Shown here in pieces: positions 1-10,745 of a stretch of 64,000 bases of DNA. Position numbers and translations under genes: made by a program. Under the pieces are notes generated by a model. That model saw nothing but the letters and a program-made list of their open reading frames with translations. It had not been told where the DNA came from and did no database searches. Source of the DNA: Spirochaetaceae bacterium. Lineage in GTDB: Bacteria; Spirochaetota; Spirochaetia; DSM-2461. Where the stretch lies: the NCBI GenBank assembly GCA_965224705.1, contig OZ245056.1, positions 960,001 to 1,024,000 of the forward strand. Direction: 5' to 3'. The stretch's first letter is position 1; each line of letters opens with the position of its first letter.

Positions 1-1
1 G

Positions 2-295
2 GGCAATGTTCTCCGGGAAGACCCTACAAGTCTTGAACTGAAAAGAAAATCGGCCGCTCTCACTGGCAGGGAAGCTTCACTGTTCACGCCATCGGGGACT
101 TTTGCCAATCAATTGTCTCTGTTTACCTGGTGCCCCGGAGGGGGAGAGGTATACCTGGGTGAAAATACTCACATCATTCAGCATGAAGAATTTGCCCGCA
201 TATCAGGTGTTCTTACCCGGCCCTGTCTGCCCAACAGCGGTCACTGGATACGGTGGAATAATACTGAACCCCGCATAATAGAAGGGTTGCAATGA
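2..295 (+). pseudogene. ltaE: Low-specificity L-threonine aldolase, N-terminal part only (enters from the left edge, stops early)
   Basis: Frame from nt 2 reads GNVLREDPT..L...SAALTGREASLFTPSGTFANQL...GEV.LGENTHIIQHE, the LtaE N-terminal motif. It stops at 295, well short of full length. Confidence 0.65.
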
Positions 296-792
296 GTCCC
301 TCCGATATACAGTTATTTGTTGACCTTGACGGTGTTCTGGTCGATTTTAACTCAGGTGTTATTCAAGCAACCGGCCTGACTCCCGAACAACAGTCTCCTC
401 AACAAATGTGGCCGATTCTTGCACGAACTCCGGAATTTTATGCTCATCTTGACTGGATGAGCGATGGTAAAAAACTCTGGAATGCTCTCCGCGTTTTCAA
501 TCCAGTTATACTGACGGGTGTTCCATGGGGAAATTGGGCTGGACAGCAGAAAAGAGACTGGTGTGCAAGGGAACTTGGTGAGTCGGTTCCGGTCATTACT
601 GGCCTATCCAGCAAAAAAGCTGACCTTGCATGGACCTGGCTGGAAGAAAATAGTCTTTCCGACCGTCTGCATCTCCTCATTGATGACAGGCTGAGACTCA
701 AGAACAAGTGGGAGGATTCCGGAGGAACTTTCATTTTTCATACTTCAACGGAGGATACTTTTGCCCAGCTCGGAAGTCTGGGGATACTTTGA
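292..792 (+). CDS. HAD-superfamily hydrolase (5'(3')-deoxyribonucleotidase-like)
   Basis: DLDGVLVDF motif I and LLIDDR motif IV; 166 aa. Confidence 0.7.
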   Translation: MSPSDIQLFVDLDGVLVDFNSGVIQATGLTPEQQSPQQMWPILARTPEFYAHLDWMSDGKKLWNALRVFNPVILTGVPWGNWAGQQKRDWCARELGESVPVITGLSSKKADLAWTWLEENSLSDRLHLLIDDRLRLKNKWEDSGGTFIFHTSTEDTFAQLGSLGIL

Positions 793-860
793 GGATACCT
801 CATTACAACAAGCTTTCTGACACTATATAAGTATTTCAGAATTACCTTCCTCCACTGGGT

Positions 861-1066
861 GTCATCCTTATCAAACAAAACACCGCCAGCCTGAAATTTG
901 ATATCTTCAACTATTTCACTCCATTCAACCTGGTCAGCTATAATTGGAAAAGGCCTGGGAAGAAGGCATAACGCAAACAGTCAAAGGCTTCAAGGCCACC
1001 GGAGCCGACATGGAGCTCATCATCAAGGTCACCGGCCTGAGTGAAGAAGAGATCCAGAAGCTCTAA
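861..1066 (+). pseudogene. Internally deleted type-C Rpn-like gene remnant
   Basis: Encodes VILIKQNTASLKFDIFNYFTPFNLVSY (homologous to 38717..39550) joined directly to the shared tail ...QTVKGFKATGADMELIIKVTGLSEEEIQKL*. Confidence 0.75.
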
Positions 1067-1180
1067 CAGAAACAAATCTCCCCCGACCCCTCCCGTGCGC
1101 CCCCCTGTATTTGAAACTTCATCACAGAAAACCTTATGCACCTGGTAGCCTGTCGCCGAAGCCTCCGTGAGAGACACTCA

Positions 1181-1209
1181 TTGACAACACTCCCCGCCAC
1201 TGATATACT
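1181..1209 (+). promoter_or_regulatory. Sigma70-type promoter of type-A rpn (near-leaderless)
   Basis: TTGACA-17 nt-TATACT, with ATG only 10 nt downstream and no SD. The same motif precedes the copies at 3540 and 37327. Confidence 0.65.
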
Positions 1210-1219
1210 TTCTCTGGTC

Positions 1220-2047
1220 ATGAGCAAGTATATCAATCCAATGAACGACTTTTTCATGCGCTATCTGCTGGGAAGCAAGGGCAGCGAAAACGATTGCCGC
1301 GGCTTCGTCAACGCCGTTCTTAAGGATTTTGATTTCCCGGCGGTGAGCAGCCTGGTCATTCTCAATCCTTTCAACCTGAAGGATTATCACGGATACAAGG
1401 AAAGTGTTATAGACTGCCGGGCGCAATCCGACGATGGCAGGGTGTTCAACATAGAGATTCAGACAAGCCAGTTAAGGGATTTCGATAAGAAAACACTGTT
1501 TTACTGGGCCAAGGCCTACACCTCCCCTCTGGAGGAGGGCCATGGATACGGTGAACTTTCACCGGTGATCAGTATTAACCTGTTGGACTTTGTTTTGTGG
1601 CCGGAGTTGGAGCAGGTGCACAGTTGTTTCATGCTCAAGGAGCTGAGAAACCCGGACTGCGTTTTTTCGAAGGACATCATTGTTCATTGTCTGGAAGCTC
1701 CCAAGTTGGAAGACCACCTGCAGGGTTTAGGCGCGAGACTGCGTGGATGGCTGGCCTATTTGAAATCGGAAGGCAAAGTGCCGGAGACAGAACTGTGGGA
1801 AATAATAAAGGAGGATCCCGTGTTACAGGAAGCCCATAAAAGATACAATAAATTCTTAAGCGATCCTGAATTGATGGAGGCCTACGAGGGCAGGCAGAAA
1901 TGGCTGCATGATCAGGCGACAATCAGGGACGAAGGCTTTGAGGACGGCATAATGCAAACAGTCAAAGGCTTCAAGGCCGCCGGAGCCGACATGGAACTCA
2001 TCATCAAGGCCACCGGCTTGAGCAAAGAAGAGATCCAGAAGCTCTAA
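1220..2047 (+). CDS. Rpn family recombination-promoting nuclease / PD-(D/E)XK nuclease (type A)
   Basis: INPMNDFFMRYLLG, D-C-RA..FNIEIQ catalytic motif, YWAKAY, and C-terminal EG...IIKATGLS tail. Start placed at MSKYIN. Confidence 0.9.
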   Translation: MSKYINPMNDFFMRYLLGSKGSENDCRGFVNAVLKDFDFPAVSSLVILNPFNLKDYHGYKESVIDCRAQSDDGRVFNIEIQTSQLRDFDKKTLFYWAKAYTSPLEEGHGYGELSPVISINLLDFVLWPELEQVHSCFMLKELRNPDCVFSKDIIVHCLEAPKLEDHLQGLGARLRGWLAYLKSEGKVPETELWEIIKEDPVLQEAHKRYNKFLSDPELMEAYEGRQKWLHDQATIRDEGFEDGIMQTVKGFKAAGADMELIIKATGLSKEEIQKL

Positions 2048-2317
2048 CAGAAACAAATCTCCCCCCGCAGCCTCCCCGGCATTTGAGCCCCCACCTCCAT
2101 GTCCTCCGTGCCTCCGTGAGAAACACCCCAAAAAACTCATTTCGATCCCCCAGAACCATTATCCTCATTTTACCGGGAACCCTGGAAAGAAAACCACCAA
2201 ATTTTGTGTCTTTCGTGCCTTTCGTGGTAAGAAATCCTCTCAATCTGCTTCCTGCCTCTTTTTATGAACCACGAACCACACGAAAAGCACGAAAAGATTT
2301 CATCCGTTATTCCTTAA

Positions 2318-2413
2318 ATGCAAACAGTCAAAAACTTCAAGGCCGCTGGCGCCGACATGGAACTCATCATCAAGGCCACCGGCCTGAGCGAAGAAGAGAT
2401 CCGAAAACTCTAA
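2318..2413 (+). pseudogene. Orphan Rpn C-terminal tail (31 codons)
   Basis: MQTVKNFKAAGADMELIIKATGLSEEEIRKL* with no N-terminal domain. Confidence 0.7.
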
Positions 2414-2515
2414 CAAAAACAAATCTCCCCAAGGCCTCCTGCATTTGAAATTCCCCCGTATCCTCCGTGAGAAATATCCCTTGCATAAATACCAAAACTC
2501 CCGTAATGTAGAATC

Positions 2516-3388
2516 ATGGAAACAACCAGACCATTTGATCCGCTGTCTGACTTGTTTGCCCGTGCCCTTCTGGGCGATGAGAAAAACACCAGCCTGCTGA
2601 CGAATTTCATCAACGCGTTTTTAACCCCAAAGGGATTAAGTCCGGTCATCAGCGTCGATATACTAACCCCTACAACCTGAAAGAGTACTTCAACGACAAG
2701 GAAACCGGATGTCAAGGCAAGAGACAGCCACAAGCGCATCATCGACATAGAAATACAGATTTCCACCGGCGAGTATTTTGCCAATCGCAGTCTGCTCTAC
2801 TGGGCAAAGAACTACCAGAGCCAATTGAAGAAATCGGATGTGTACACCATGCTCAATCCGGTTATTTGCCTCAATCTGGTTGGCACACCCCTTTTTCCAC
2901 AGTTGGAGGAGTATTACACCTGCTTTCACATTACGGAAAAGGATAATCCGGAGTTGGTGTTGACGGATCATCTGTGCATCATGTTCATGGAGCTGTCGAA
3001 GATGAACTTTCCCAACAAGGACAAATTGACTTTTGAGAGCGACTTTGAGCGATGGTGCTATTTTTTCAAGTACGAAGGTTACTTAAAGGAGGAGGAGATG
3101 ACAGTGCTATTGGGAGACAACTCGCATATTCAGGAGGCCCATAAACTCTACACCACATTCACCGCCGATCAAGCCATGCTTGATCGGCTGGAGGCCAGGG
3201 AGAAATGGAGACGGGATTACCTTAGCGGTCTGGATGAATCCTGGAACAATGGCAGGGAAAAAGGCCGAGAAGAAGGTAAGGAAGAAGGCATAATGCAAAC
3301 AGCCAAAGGCTTAAAGATCGCCGGAGTTTCCCTTGACATCATCATCAAGGCCACCGGCCTGAGCGAAGAAGAGATCCAGAAGCTCTAA
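2516..3388 (+). pseudogene. Rpn family nuclease (type B), frameshifted
   Basis: Near-identical to intact 42611..43477, but with a 1-nt deletion near 2663 (early TGA near 2678) and a 5-nt deletion near 2706. The C-terminal part is open. Confidence 0.85.
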
Positions 3389-3539
3389 CAGAAATTAATC
3401 TCCCACCCCTCCCGTGCGTCCCCCCTGTATTTGAAGCTCCATCACAGAAAACCTTATGCACCTGGTAGCCTGTCGCCGAAGCCTCCGTGAGAGACACTCA
3501 TTGACAACACTCCCTGCCACTGATATACTTACTCTGGTC

Positions 3540-4546
3540 ATGAACAAGTATATCAATCCAATGAACGACTTCTTCATGCGCTATCTGCTGGGAAGCAAGG
3601 GTAGCGAAAACGATTGCCGCGGCTTTGTCAACGCCGTTCTTAAGGACTTTGATTTCCCGGCGGTGAGCAGCCTGGTCATTCTCAATCCTTTCAACCTGAA
3701 GGATTATCACGGATACAAGGAAAGTGTTATAGACTGCCGGGCGCAATCCGACGACGGCAGGGTGTTCAACATAGAGATTCAGACGAGCCAGTTAAGGGAT
3801 TTCGATAAGAAAACACTGTTTTACTGGGGCAAGGCCTACACCTCCCCTCTGGAGGAGGGCCATGGATACGGTGAACTTTCACCGGTGATCAGCATTAACC
3901 TGTTGGATTTTGTTTTGTGGCCAGAGTTGGAGCAGGTGCACAGTTGTTTCATGCTCAAGGAGCTGAGAAATCCAGACTGCGTTTTTTCGAAGGATATTAT
4001 TGTTCATTGTCTGGAAGCTCCCAAGTTGGAAGACCACCTGCAGGGTTTAGGCGCGAGACTGCGTGGATGGCTGGCCTATTTGAAATCGGAAGGCAAAGTG
4101 CCGGAAACGGAACTATGGGAAATAATAAAGGGCACCTCTAAAAAACCCGCTTTCGGAATCTGGCGTAGAAATTTTTCACTGATACAAGGCGACAAAAGCG
4201 GAGCGTAGCTGGGCTACGTGAGCATTTTGGCAACGCAGCAGCAGTGGTAAAGATCAAGCCAGAAACGGAATGGGTGTTTTTTAGAGGTGCCCTAAAGGAG
4301 GATCCCGTGTTACAGGAAGCCCATAAAAAATACAATAAATTCTTAAGCGATCCTGAATTGATGGAGGCCTACGAGGGCAGGCAGAAATGGCTGCATGATC
4401 AGGCGACAATCAGGGACGAAGGCTTTGAGGACGGCAGAGAAGAAGGCATAAACCAAACAGCCAGGCGATTAAAGGCCGCCGGAGCCGACATGGAACTCAT
4501 CATCAAGGCCACCGGCCTGAGCGAAGAAGAGATCCGAAAACTCTAA
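3540..4546 (+). pseudogene. Rpn family nuclease (type A), split by a MITE
   Basis: Near-identical to 1220..2047 and interrupted at EIIK by the element at 4130-4292. Confidence 0.88.
4130..4292. mobile_element. MITE family B, 163 bp
   Basis: TIR GGGCACCTCTAAAAAAC...GTTTTTTAGAGGTGCCC with 4-bp TSD TAAA. The empty site is visible in the paralog near 1806. Confidence 0.9.
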
Positions 4547-4685
4547 CAAAAACAAATCTCCCCAAGGCCTCCGTGTGAAAGCCTCCCTGTGGAGATTTGC
4601 GGCTCCCAGAGCCAGAGCAGCCGGGTCGATTCACCGTCTTGCAAGCTCAGCTTCCTTAGTTCTTATCCCAGATCATCGTTTGATT

Positions 4686-5573
4686 CTATGTCGGAATGAT
4701 AGCTTTTCCTATTACTCGGCGTTCAGGCAGGCCGGCCACATCCATCTGCACCGCAAACACCGCCCCGGCCAAAGGCTGTTCATCTCGCTGGTGCGCACTC
4801 AGCCCCTCATGGGCTGAGGTAACATACAATGTCTTCAGATCATCTCCGCCGAAGGCCGGACAGGTGACTTGTGCAGCCGGCAGGCTGATCGCGCGCACAA
4901 ACATCCCGTCAGGATCATAACAGGCCACACGACCGGCCCCCCATTGAGCATTCCAGAGACACCCTGCCTCATCAATCACCGCCCCGTCCGGGTTCAGCCC
5001 GTCTGCGGATAGGTCCGTAAATAAGCACGGCTTATCTGTCGGCCAGCCGGTCTCTGGATCAATGGCTACCTGCATAATTTTCTGTTCTGGCGTATCACAG
5101 AAATAGGCGGTTCGGCCATCTGGTGAAAAACAGGTGGCATTGGGGATAGATACATCCGCAAACAGGCGTTCACACTGCCCGCCGTGGATATGATAGACTG
5201 CCCCTGCCGCCGGTTCCAACTTGCGGCCCATCGTCCCAAACCAGATCGCCTCACCTGGGGCCACACGGCTGTCATTGGCCCGTGTGTTCGCCTTATCCTG
5301 TTCTATCGGCATCACCAGCTCATATCCGCCGATCTCAGGGTACAGACTGTACAGCCCGCTTGCCCCGGCTACCAGCAGCTGATCTGTGTCTGTCAGGAAT
5401 ACCGCTGACACCGGCTCGCCAAAGCCGACTGTTTTTATCAGCCCTGTCTGTCCGTCACCGATAAACAGGGTTTGACCGATTATATCACACCAGATAAGAC
5501 AATTTGTCTTCTGATCCCAGACCGGGCCTTCCCCCAGCTCATTTTTGACCGGAAACGCAACCTCATATGTCAC
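4686..5573 (-). CDS. SMP-30/gluconolactonase family sugar lactonase
   Basis: LGEGPVWD, RANDSRV, PDGAVID and TCPAFGG motifs. Confidence 0.9.
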   Translation of the reverse strand: MTYEVAFPVKNELGEGPVWDQKTNCLIWCDIIGQTLFIGDGQTGLIKTVGFGEPVSAVFLTDTDQLLVAGASGLYSLYPEIGGYELVMPIEQDKANTRANDSRVAPGEAIWFGTMGRKLEPAAGAVYHIHGGQCERLFADVSIPNATCFSPDGRTAYFCDTPEQKIMQVAIDPETGWPTDKPCLFTDLSADGLNPDGAVIDEAGCLWNAQWGAGRVACYDPDGMFVRAISLPAAQVTCPAFGGDDLKTLYVTSAHEGLSAHQRDEQPLAGAVFAVQMDVAGLPERRVIGKAIIPT

Positions 5574-5769
5574 ATCACACCTCTGTTTTTATTGACCGAG
5601 AATTCTTCATCAACAGCTGCAAAGAGCCACCATAAGTTTTCACACATGTATTCGTCTCATTGTTTTGTTCAAAATCAGAAATTAGCCACAGTCGTCTTTC
5701 ATAAACAATCTCTTTTTTCACATGTATCACCTTAGGTGCCCCTTACTTCATAAGAGTCAATACAATCCC

Positions 5770-6549
5770 TCAGCTTGGCCAGTTGCCGCCGTCCACATTC
5801 AGACACTGCTGGGTAATGTAATCCGAATCGGAAGAGGCAAAAAACACTGCGGCACCTGCCAGGTCATCTGGCTGTTCAATGCGGCCCAGAGGAATACCTT
5901 CCGTGAATTTACGTTTCGGCTCACCTTTTTCCCATCCGAGAATTTTTGCAAACTGCTCGTCCACTTTTTCCCAGAACGGTGTATCTACAATTCCTGGAGC
6001 AAGTGCATTCACATTGATCTTATGTTCTGCGAAGGCCAACGCGATGGATTGATTCATGCTGATAACCGCCGCTTTGGTAGCACAATACGCCATAACCAGA
6101 GACTCGCCCCGGCGTCCGGCCTGGGAAGCCATGTTGATTATCTTTCCACCCCGGCCCTGTTCTATCATGACCTTGCCGACTTCTTGACTGAAAAACATGA
6201 GTCCTGCGCAATTGATGTCAAACATGAGTTTGAAATCTTCATACGTCGTGTCCATAAAGGGAATGATTTTCCCCATACCGGCGTTGTTCACCAGGATGTC
6301 AATACCGCCAAGTGTCTCGACCGTTTCCCTTACAACTGACTTGATCTCACTCCTTATCGCCACATTGCATTTCAGAGCAAGCGCCTTGCCCCCCGCAGCC
6401 TCAATTTCTCCGGCCACTTTCTTCGCATTCTCTTCACTCAGATCGGCGACGACAACCCTGGCACCTTCCTGGCCATAGCGGAGCGATATCCCCCGGCCTA
6501 TGCCGGCTCCTCCCCCGGTTACGATGGCGACTTTATCCTTTAACTTCAT
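5770..6549 (-). CDS. SDR oxidoreductase (sorbitol/polyol or sugar dehydrogenase-like)
   Basis: TGGGAGIG, NNAG, ASQAGRRGE, YCATK motifs. Confidence 0.85.
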   Translation of the reverse strand: MKLKDKVAIVTGGGAGIGRGISLRYGQEGARVVVADLSEENAKKVAGEIEAAGGKALALKCNVAIRSEIKSVVRETVETLGGIDILVNNAGMGKIIPFMDTTYEDFKLMFDINCAGLMFFSQEVGKVMIEQGRGGKIINMASQAGRRGESLVMAYCATKAAVISMNQSIALAFAEHKINVNALAPGIVDTPFWEKVDEQFAKILGWEKGEPKRKFTEGIPLGRIEQPDDLAGAAVFFASSDSDYITQQCLNVDGGNWPS

Positions 6550-6585
6550 ATTCTTCCTCCTGGGCAAGTTGCCCTAATTTTCCCC

Positions 6586-8034
6586 TCAACTAAAATTTAC
6601 GTAGTAGGCTTTTTTGTGGAGATAGTTCTCCAATCCGTACTTCCCGTCTTCCCCGGCCAGACCACTTTTTTTCATTCCCGTGTGGTAAGACTGAGGCAGT
6701 TCTCCTATGCCCCGGTTCACGTATACCTCCCCGAATTCCAGATCGTCGATAGTCCGCATAACCCGCCGCATGTCCTTTGTCCAGAGATACGCAGACAAAC
6801 CAAATTCACAGTCATTGGAATACTCCAGAACCTGATCAAATGTTTTGAACGGCAGAACCGGTACAACGGGGCCAAAAATTTCATCTTTCACCAGGGGCAT
6901 GTCATTGGTGACACCGGTAACAACGGTGGGTTCAAACCAGTATCCTGCGGAGAATTTCTCCCCGGACGGGCGGCCTCCACCGGTTTCCACCTTCGCCCCG
7001 GCTTTAACCGCGGAATCCACCAGCGATTCAACGTGTTCCAGCTCAGATTTATTCACTTTTGGACCCATGTCGGGATTTGAAAGTTGATCTCCCAGCGTCA
7101 AAGCCTTTACCTTCGGCAGAAACTTACCCATAAACGTATCGTAGATGTCTTCATGGAGGTACATCCGCTCATTGCAGGTACACACCTGTCCGCAGTTATA
7201 GAAACGGGCTGTCAGGGCCGCATCCACGGCCCGGTCGATATCGGCATCCTCCATAACGATGAAGGGCGCATTTCCCCCCAGTTCCAGAATAAGGTCGGTC
7301 ACCCAGTCCGCCGAATCTCCAATAATCTGCTGTCCGGCAACGGTACTCCCGGTATGCGTAACCAGTCGGGTCTTAGGATGACGAACAAGGTCGCGTCCCA
7401 CTTCCGATCCGGTTCCGGTTACCACATTGAACACACCCGGCGGAATACCCACATCAACAGCCAGCTTCGCAAATTCCACCACAGCCATGGGAACATCCGT
7501 AGGCGGCTTCACTATCATGGTGTTACCCGCCGCCAGCGCCGGTCCGAGTTTACGTCCGGCCAGAGCTACAGGAAAATTCCAGGCGACCAGGCCAACTGTT
7601 ACCCCGTAGGGAACCTTCTGAATCCAGACCTGCTCCTCTGGAAAGTCAGAAGGGAGGATATCCCCTTCAATACGTCGGGCACCCATGGCCGCCATTCGCA
7701 AATATCCCAGTGTTCCGGCAATTTCCTCAAGGGCTTCTCTCTGGGGTTTTCCATGTTCCAGGCAGAGAAGAAGGCCAATTCGTTCGCGGTTTTCATGCAA
7801 TGCGTCGGCCAGGTCCATCAACAGGTCTGCGCGCCGGGCGGCTGGAACCTTTCTCCAAGAATGAAAGGCCTTTTCAGACGAGTCCATCGCCTTCTCTGCG
7901 TCTTCGGCAGAACCGCGGGGAACACTGCCCAAAACGGTTTCATCGGCGGGGTTCAGAACATCTAACCGCTTGCCTGAAGAGGCCTCAACCTCTTTGCCGT
8001 CAATGAACATCCCGTAGCTGTAGTTTTCACTCAT
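6586..8034 (-). CDS. NAD(P)-dependent aldehyde dehydrogenase, resembling 3,6-anhydrogalactose dehydrogenase
   Basis: ALDH motifs AWNFP, LELGG, NCGQVCTCNERMY, EIFGP. The segments WIQK.P.GV, MGPKVNK.EL.H and GEDGKYG...YL.KK..YVNF match my recollection of Vibrio 3,6-anhydro-L-galactose dehydrogenase. Family is secure; substrate is inferred. Confidence 0.8.
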   Translation of the reverse strand: MSENYSYGMFIDGKEVEASSGKRLDVLNPADETVLGSVPRGSAEDAEKAMDSSEKAFHSWRKVPAARRADLLMDLADALHENRERIGLLLCLEHGKPQREALEEIAGTLGYLRMAAMGARRIEGDILPSDFPEEQVWIQKVPYGVTVGLVAWNFPVALAGRKLGPALAAGNTMIVKPPTDVPMAVVEFAKLAVDVGIPPGVFNVVTGTGSEVGRDLVRHPKTRLVTHTGSTVAGQQIIGDSADWVTDLILELGGNAPFIVMEDADIDRAVDAALTARFYNCGQVCTCNERMYLHEDIYDTFMGKFLPKVKALTLGDQLSNPDMGPKVNKSELEHVESLVDSAVKAGAKVETGGGRPSGEKFSAGYWFEPTVVTGVTNDMPLVKDEIFGPVVPVLPFKTFDQVLEYSNDCEFGLSAYLWTKDMRRVMRTIDDLEFGEVYVNRGIGELPQSYHTGMKKSGLAGEDGKYGLENYLHKKAYYVNFS

Positions 8035-8140
8035 TCTAACTTATCCTCCTGGCATTCGTTGCTCCCGGATCCTTCCGGACAACTGTTAATGGTGCCATTC
8101 TACAGGGCATACACGACAGCTGTCAATAAAAAATAAATAT

Positions 8141-8186
8141 TTGTTGACAACTAATTGTTGACAACTTTGCAATTCTTTTCTATAAT
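8141..8186 (+). promoter_or_regulatory. Consensus sigma70 promoter of the ABC operon with a tandem TTGTTGACAACT operator-like repeat
   Basis: TTGACA(8158)-17 nt-TATAAT(8181). The 12-mer occurs at 8141 and 8155. Confidence 0.75.
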
Positions 8187-8214
8187 GCAGCCATATTTTA
8201 CAAAGGAGTTTTCC

Positions 8215-9174
8215 ATGAAGAAAATTTTTGTCGTTTTTCTTGCGGTAGCACTACTCTCGTCCGTGGTCTTTGCCAACGGAAGCGGAGATAGCTCCGATGG
8301 CACGAAGGTGGTTGGGTTTTCCCAGGTAGACAACCAGAATCCCTGGCGCCTGGCCGAAACCGAGTCCATCAAGTCGGAGGCCGCTGCGCGCGGCTATGAA
8401 CTGAAGTACTCTGATGGACAGGCCGTTCAGGCTAATCAGATTGCCGCAGTGAGGGATTTCATAGCCCAGGGTGTGGACGGGATCATTCTCGCGCCCAAAA
8501 CCAGCACCGGATGGGAGCCTGTTTTACGCGAAGCCAGGGATGCCGGAATTCCAGTGGTACTGGTGGATCGGGACGTAGAAGCGCCCAAGGATCTTGTTGT
8601 AACCTTTATAGGATCGGACTTCGTAGAAGAAGGTGAAAGGATCGCCCAGATGATGATTGAAGATCTGGGCGAAGGTCCTCTGAACGTTGCGGAGCTTCAG
8701 GGTCAGCCGGGAGCGGATCCCACCATCGACCGCAAGAAGGGTTTTGAAAATGTCATTAACAAATACCCGAACATCAACATTACCCTGTCCCAAACCGGAG
8801 AGTTCAATCGGACTCAGGGAAAACAGGTTATGGAGGCATTTCTCCAGTCAGATGGAGATAACATTGATGTTGTCTATGCGCACAACGATGACATGGCCAT
8901 CGGAGCCATTCAGGCCATCAAGGAGTACGGACTCACCCCAGGCGAAGATATCTATGTCGCATCTATTGATGGAGTACGTGATGCCTTTGTCGCCATGAGA
9001 GATGGGGAACTGAACATCTGTGTGGAATGCAGCCCCCTGCTGGGACCCAAAGCCTACGATGCCCTGGAGTCCGCATGGAAGGGTGAGGAACTCCCCGATT
9101 GGATTGTGCAGCTCGATAACGCCTTTCGCCGCGATGATGTGACTCAGGCAGTGCTAGACGAAAGAAAGTACTAA
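8215..9174 (+). CDS. ytfQ: Sugar ABC transporter substrate-binding protein (YtfQ-like)
   Basis: Signal peptide, VGFSQ...WRLAETESIK, QIAAVRDFIAQGVD; SD AAGGAG. Confidence 0.8.
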   Translation: MKKIFVVFLAVALLSSVVFANGSGDSSDGTKVVGFSQVDNQNPWRLAETESIKSEAAARGYELKYSDGQAVQANQIAAVRDFIAQGVDGIILAPKTSTGWEPVLREARDAGIPVVLVDRDVEAPKDLVVTFIGSDFVEEGERIAQMMIEDLGEGPLNVAELQGQPGADPTIDRKKGFENVINKYPNINITLSQTGEFNRTQGKQVMEAFLQSDGDNIDVVYAHNDDMAIGAIQAIKEYGLTPGEDIYVASIDGVRDAFVAMRDGELNICVECSPLLGPKAYDALESAWKGEELPDWIVQLDNAFRRDDVTQAVLDERKY

Positions 9175-9212
9175 TTAATTAGAAGCATCAAAGTACACCG
9201 GAGGAGAGAAAT

Positions 9213-10745
9213 TTGAACAACATTATTTTGGACATTAAAGGCATTACCAAACACTTCCCCGGTGTAAAGGCTCTTACGAATGTGGATTTCACCCTTAGGG
9301 AGGGTGAAATCCACGCACTCATGGGTGAGAACGGAGCCGGGAAATCCACGCTCATCAAAGTACTCACCGGTGTGTACCGAAAAGATAGCGGAGTGATTAC
9401 CTATCAGGGCGAACCTTTTGAATGTCATTCACCCCTGCAAGCCCAGGAAGCGGGAATTAGCCCCGTGTATCAGGAAGTGAATCTGGTTCCCAACCTTTCG
9501 GTAGCTGAGAATATTTTTCTAGGCCGTCATCCCTTGAAATCTGGACGCATCGACTGGAGAACCATCAACACCCAGGCACGGACCATCCTTGCAAAATTCG
9601 ATCTTGCTCTTGATGTCACGGAACATCTGGGCGTTTATCCCGTGGCCATTCAGCAGATGGTGGCCATTGCCCGTGCACTCGAACTCAATGCCCGCATCCT
9701 CATCCTGGATGAACCCACATCCAGCCTCAATATCCAGGAAACCGAGCGGCTGTTTACACAGATGGAACGACTCCGGGAAGAGGGTCATTCTATTATTTTC
9801 GTGACGCACTTTCTGGATCAGGTATATCGAATTACCGATACCATTACTGTTCTGCGAAACGGTAATTATGTGGGAACATGGCCCACGGAGAAACTTCCCA
9901 AGGTGGAGCTCATCTCCAAACTTCTGGGAAAAGAAATCGATAAACTCTCAGAAGTCACCGCCGAACGGCTCGAGTCTGACGAAGTATCCAGCGAACGGGA
10001 ACATCGGACTGTTGTTAAGACGGAAGGCTTCGGAAAGAAAGACGGAATCAAGCCTTTTGACATTGAAATCCGTGCCGGGGAGGTTCTCGGATGTGCCGGA
10101 TTGCTCGGATCAGGGCGGACAGAAATTGCCAACCTGCTTTTCGGCATTGATTCTGCGAATCTGGGTTCGGTAACTATTGACGGATCGAAACAAAAAATTA
10201 ACACGCCTCGGAAGGCTTTAAAAAATGGTGTCGCCCTGAGCCCGGAAGACCGGAAAGAGCAGGGTATCATCGCAGACCTCAGTGTCCGGGAGAACATTAT
10301 CCTGGCTCTGCAGAACCGCCGAGGCTGGCTTCGTCCCATTCCCATAAAAGAACAGAGGGAAATTGCGGATCGATATATCAAGCTTCTGGGCATCAAGACT
10401 CCTTCTGCAGATCAGGCCATTAAAAACCTCAGTGGAGGAAATCAGCAAAAGGTGATTATTGCCCGATGGCTGGCCGCGAATCCGAAGTTTCTCATTCTGG
10501 ACGAGCCGACACGGGGAATTGATGTGGGGGCCAAGACGGAAATTCAAAAACTGCTTATTGAACTGAGCGCCAAAGGGATGGCCGTCATGTTCATCTCCTC
10601 GGAAATTGAAGAAATATCCCGATGCTCCAACAGAGTTCTTGTGATACACGATTTTGAAATTTCCCGGGTGCTGAACCAGAATCAAATTGACGACCAGAGC
10701 ATCACACAGGCTATTGCCGGAGGACATTCAGACAATGAGCGATAA
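9213..10745 (+). CDS. ytfR: Sugar ABC transporter ATP-binding protein (two ABC domains)
   Basis: GENGAGKS, LSGGNQQK and DEPTRGID motifs. Confidence 0.85.
   Translation: MNNIILDIKGITKHFPGVKALTNVDFTLREGEIHALMGENGAGKSTLIKVLTGVYRKDSGVITYQGEPFECHSPLQAQEAGISPVYQEVNLVPNLSVAENIFLGRHPLKSGRIDWRTINTQARTILAKFDLALDVTEHLGVYPVAIQQMVAIARALELNARILILDEPTSSLNIQETERLFTQMERLREEGHSIIFVTHFLDQVYRITDTITVLRNGNYVGTWPTEKLPKVELISKLLGKEIDKLSEVTAERLESDEVSSEREHRTVVKTEGFGKKDGIKPFDIEIRAGEVLGCAGLLGSGRTEIANLLFGIDSANLGSVTIDGSKQKINTPRKALKNGVALSPEDRKEQGIIADLSVRENIILALQNRRGWLRPIPIKEQREIADRYIKLLGIKTPSADQAIKNLSGGNQQKVIIARWLAANPKFLILDEPTRGIDVGAKTEIQKLLIELSAKGMAVMFISSEIEEISRCSNRVLVIHDFEISRVLNQNQIDDQSITQAIAGGHSDNER

Noticed and set aside
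1136..1219. N-terminal extension MHLVACRR... of type-A rpn (also 3456, 37288)
   Set aside because: It spans a consensus promoter, and Rpn homology starts at M(S/N)KYINP.
5722..7965. Long plus-strand ORFs (205 aa, 293 aa) opposite the SDR and ALDH genes
   Set aside because: Antisense shadows of well-supported minus-strand genes.
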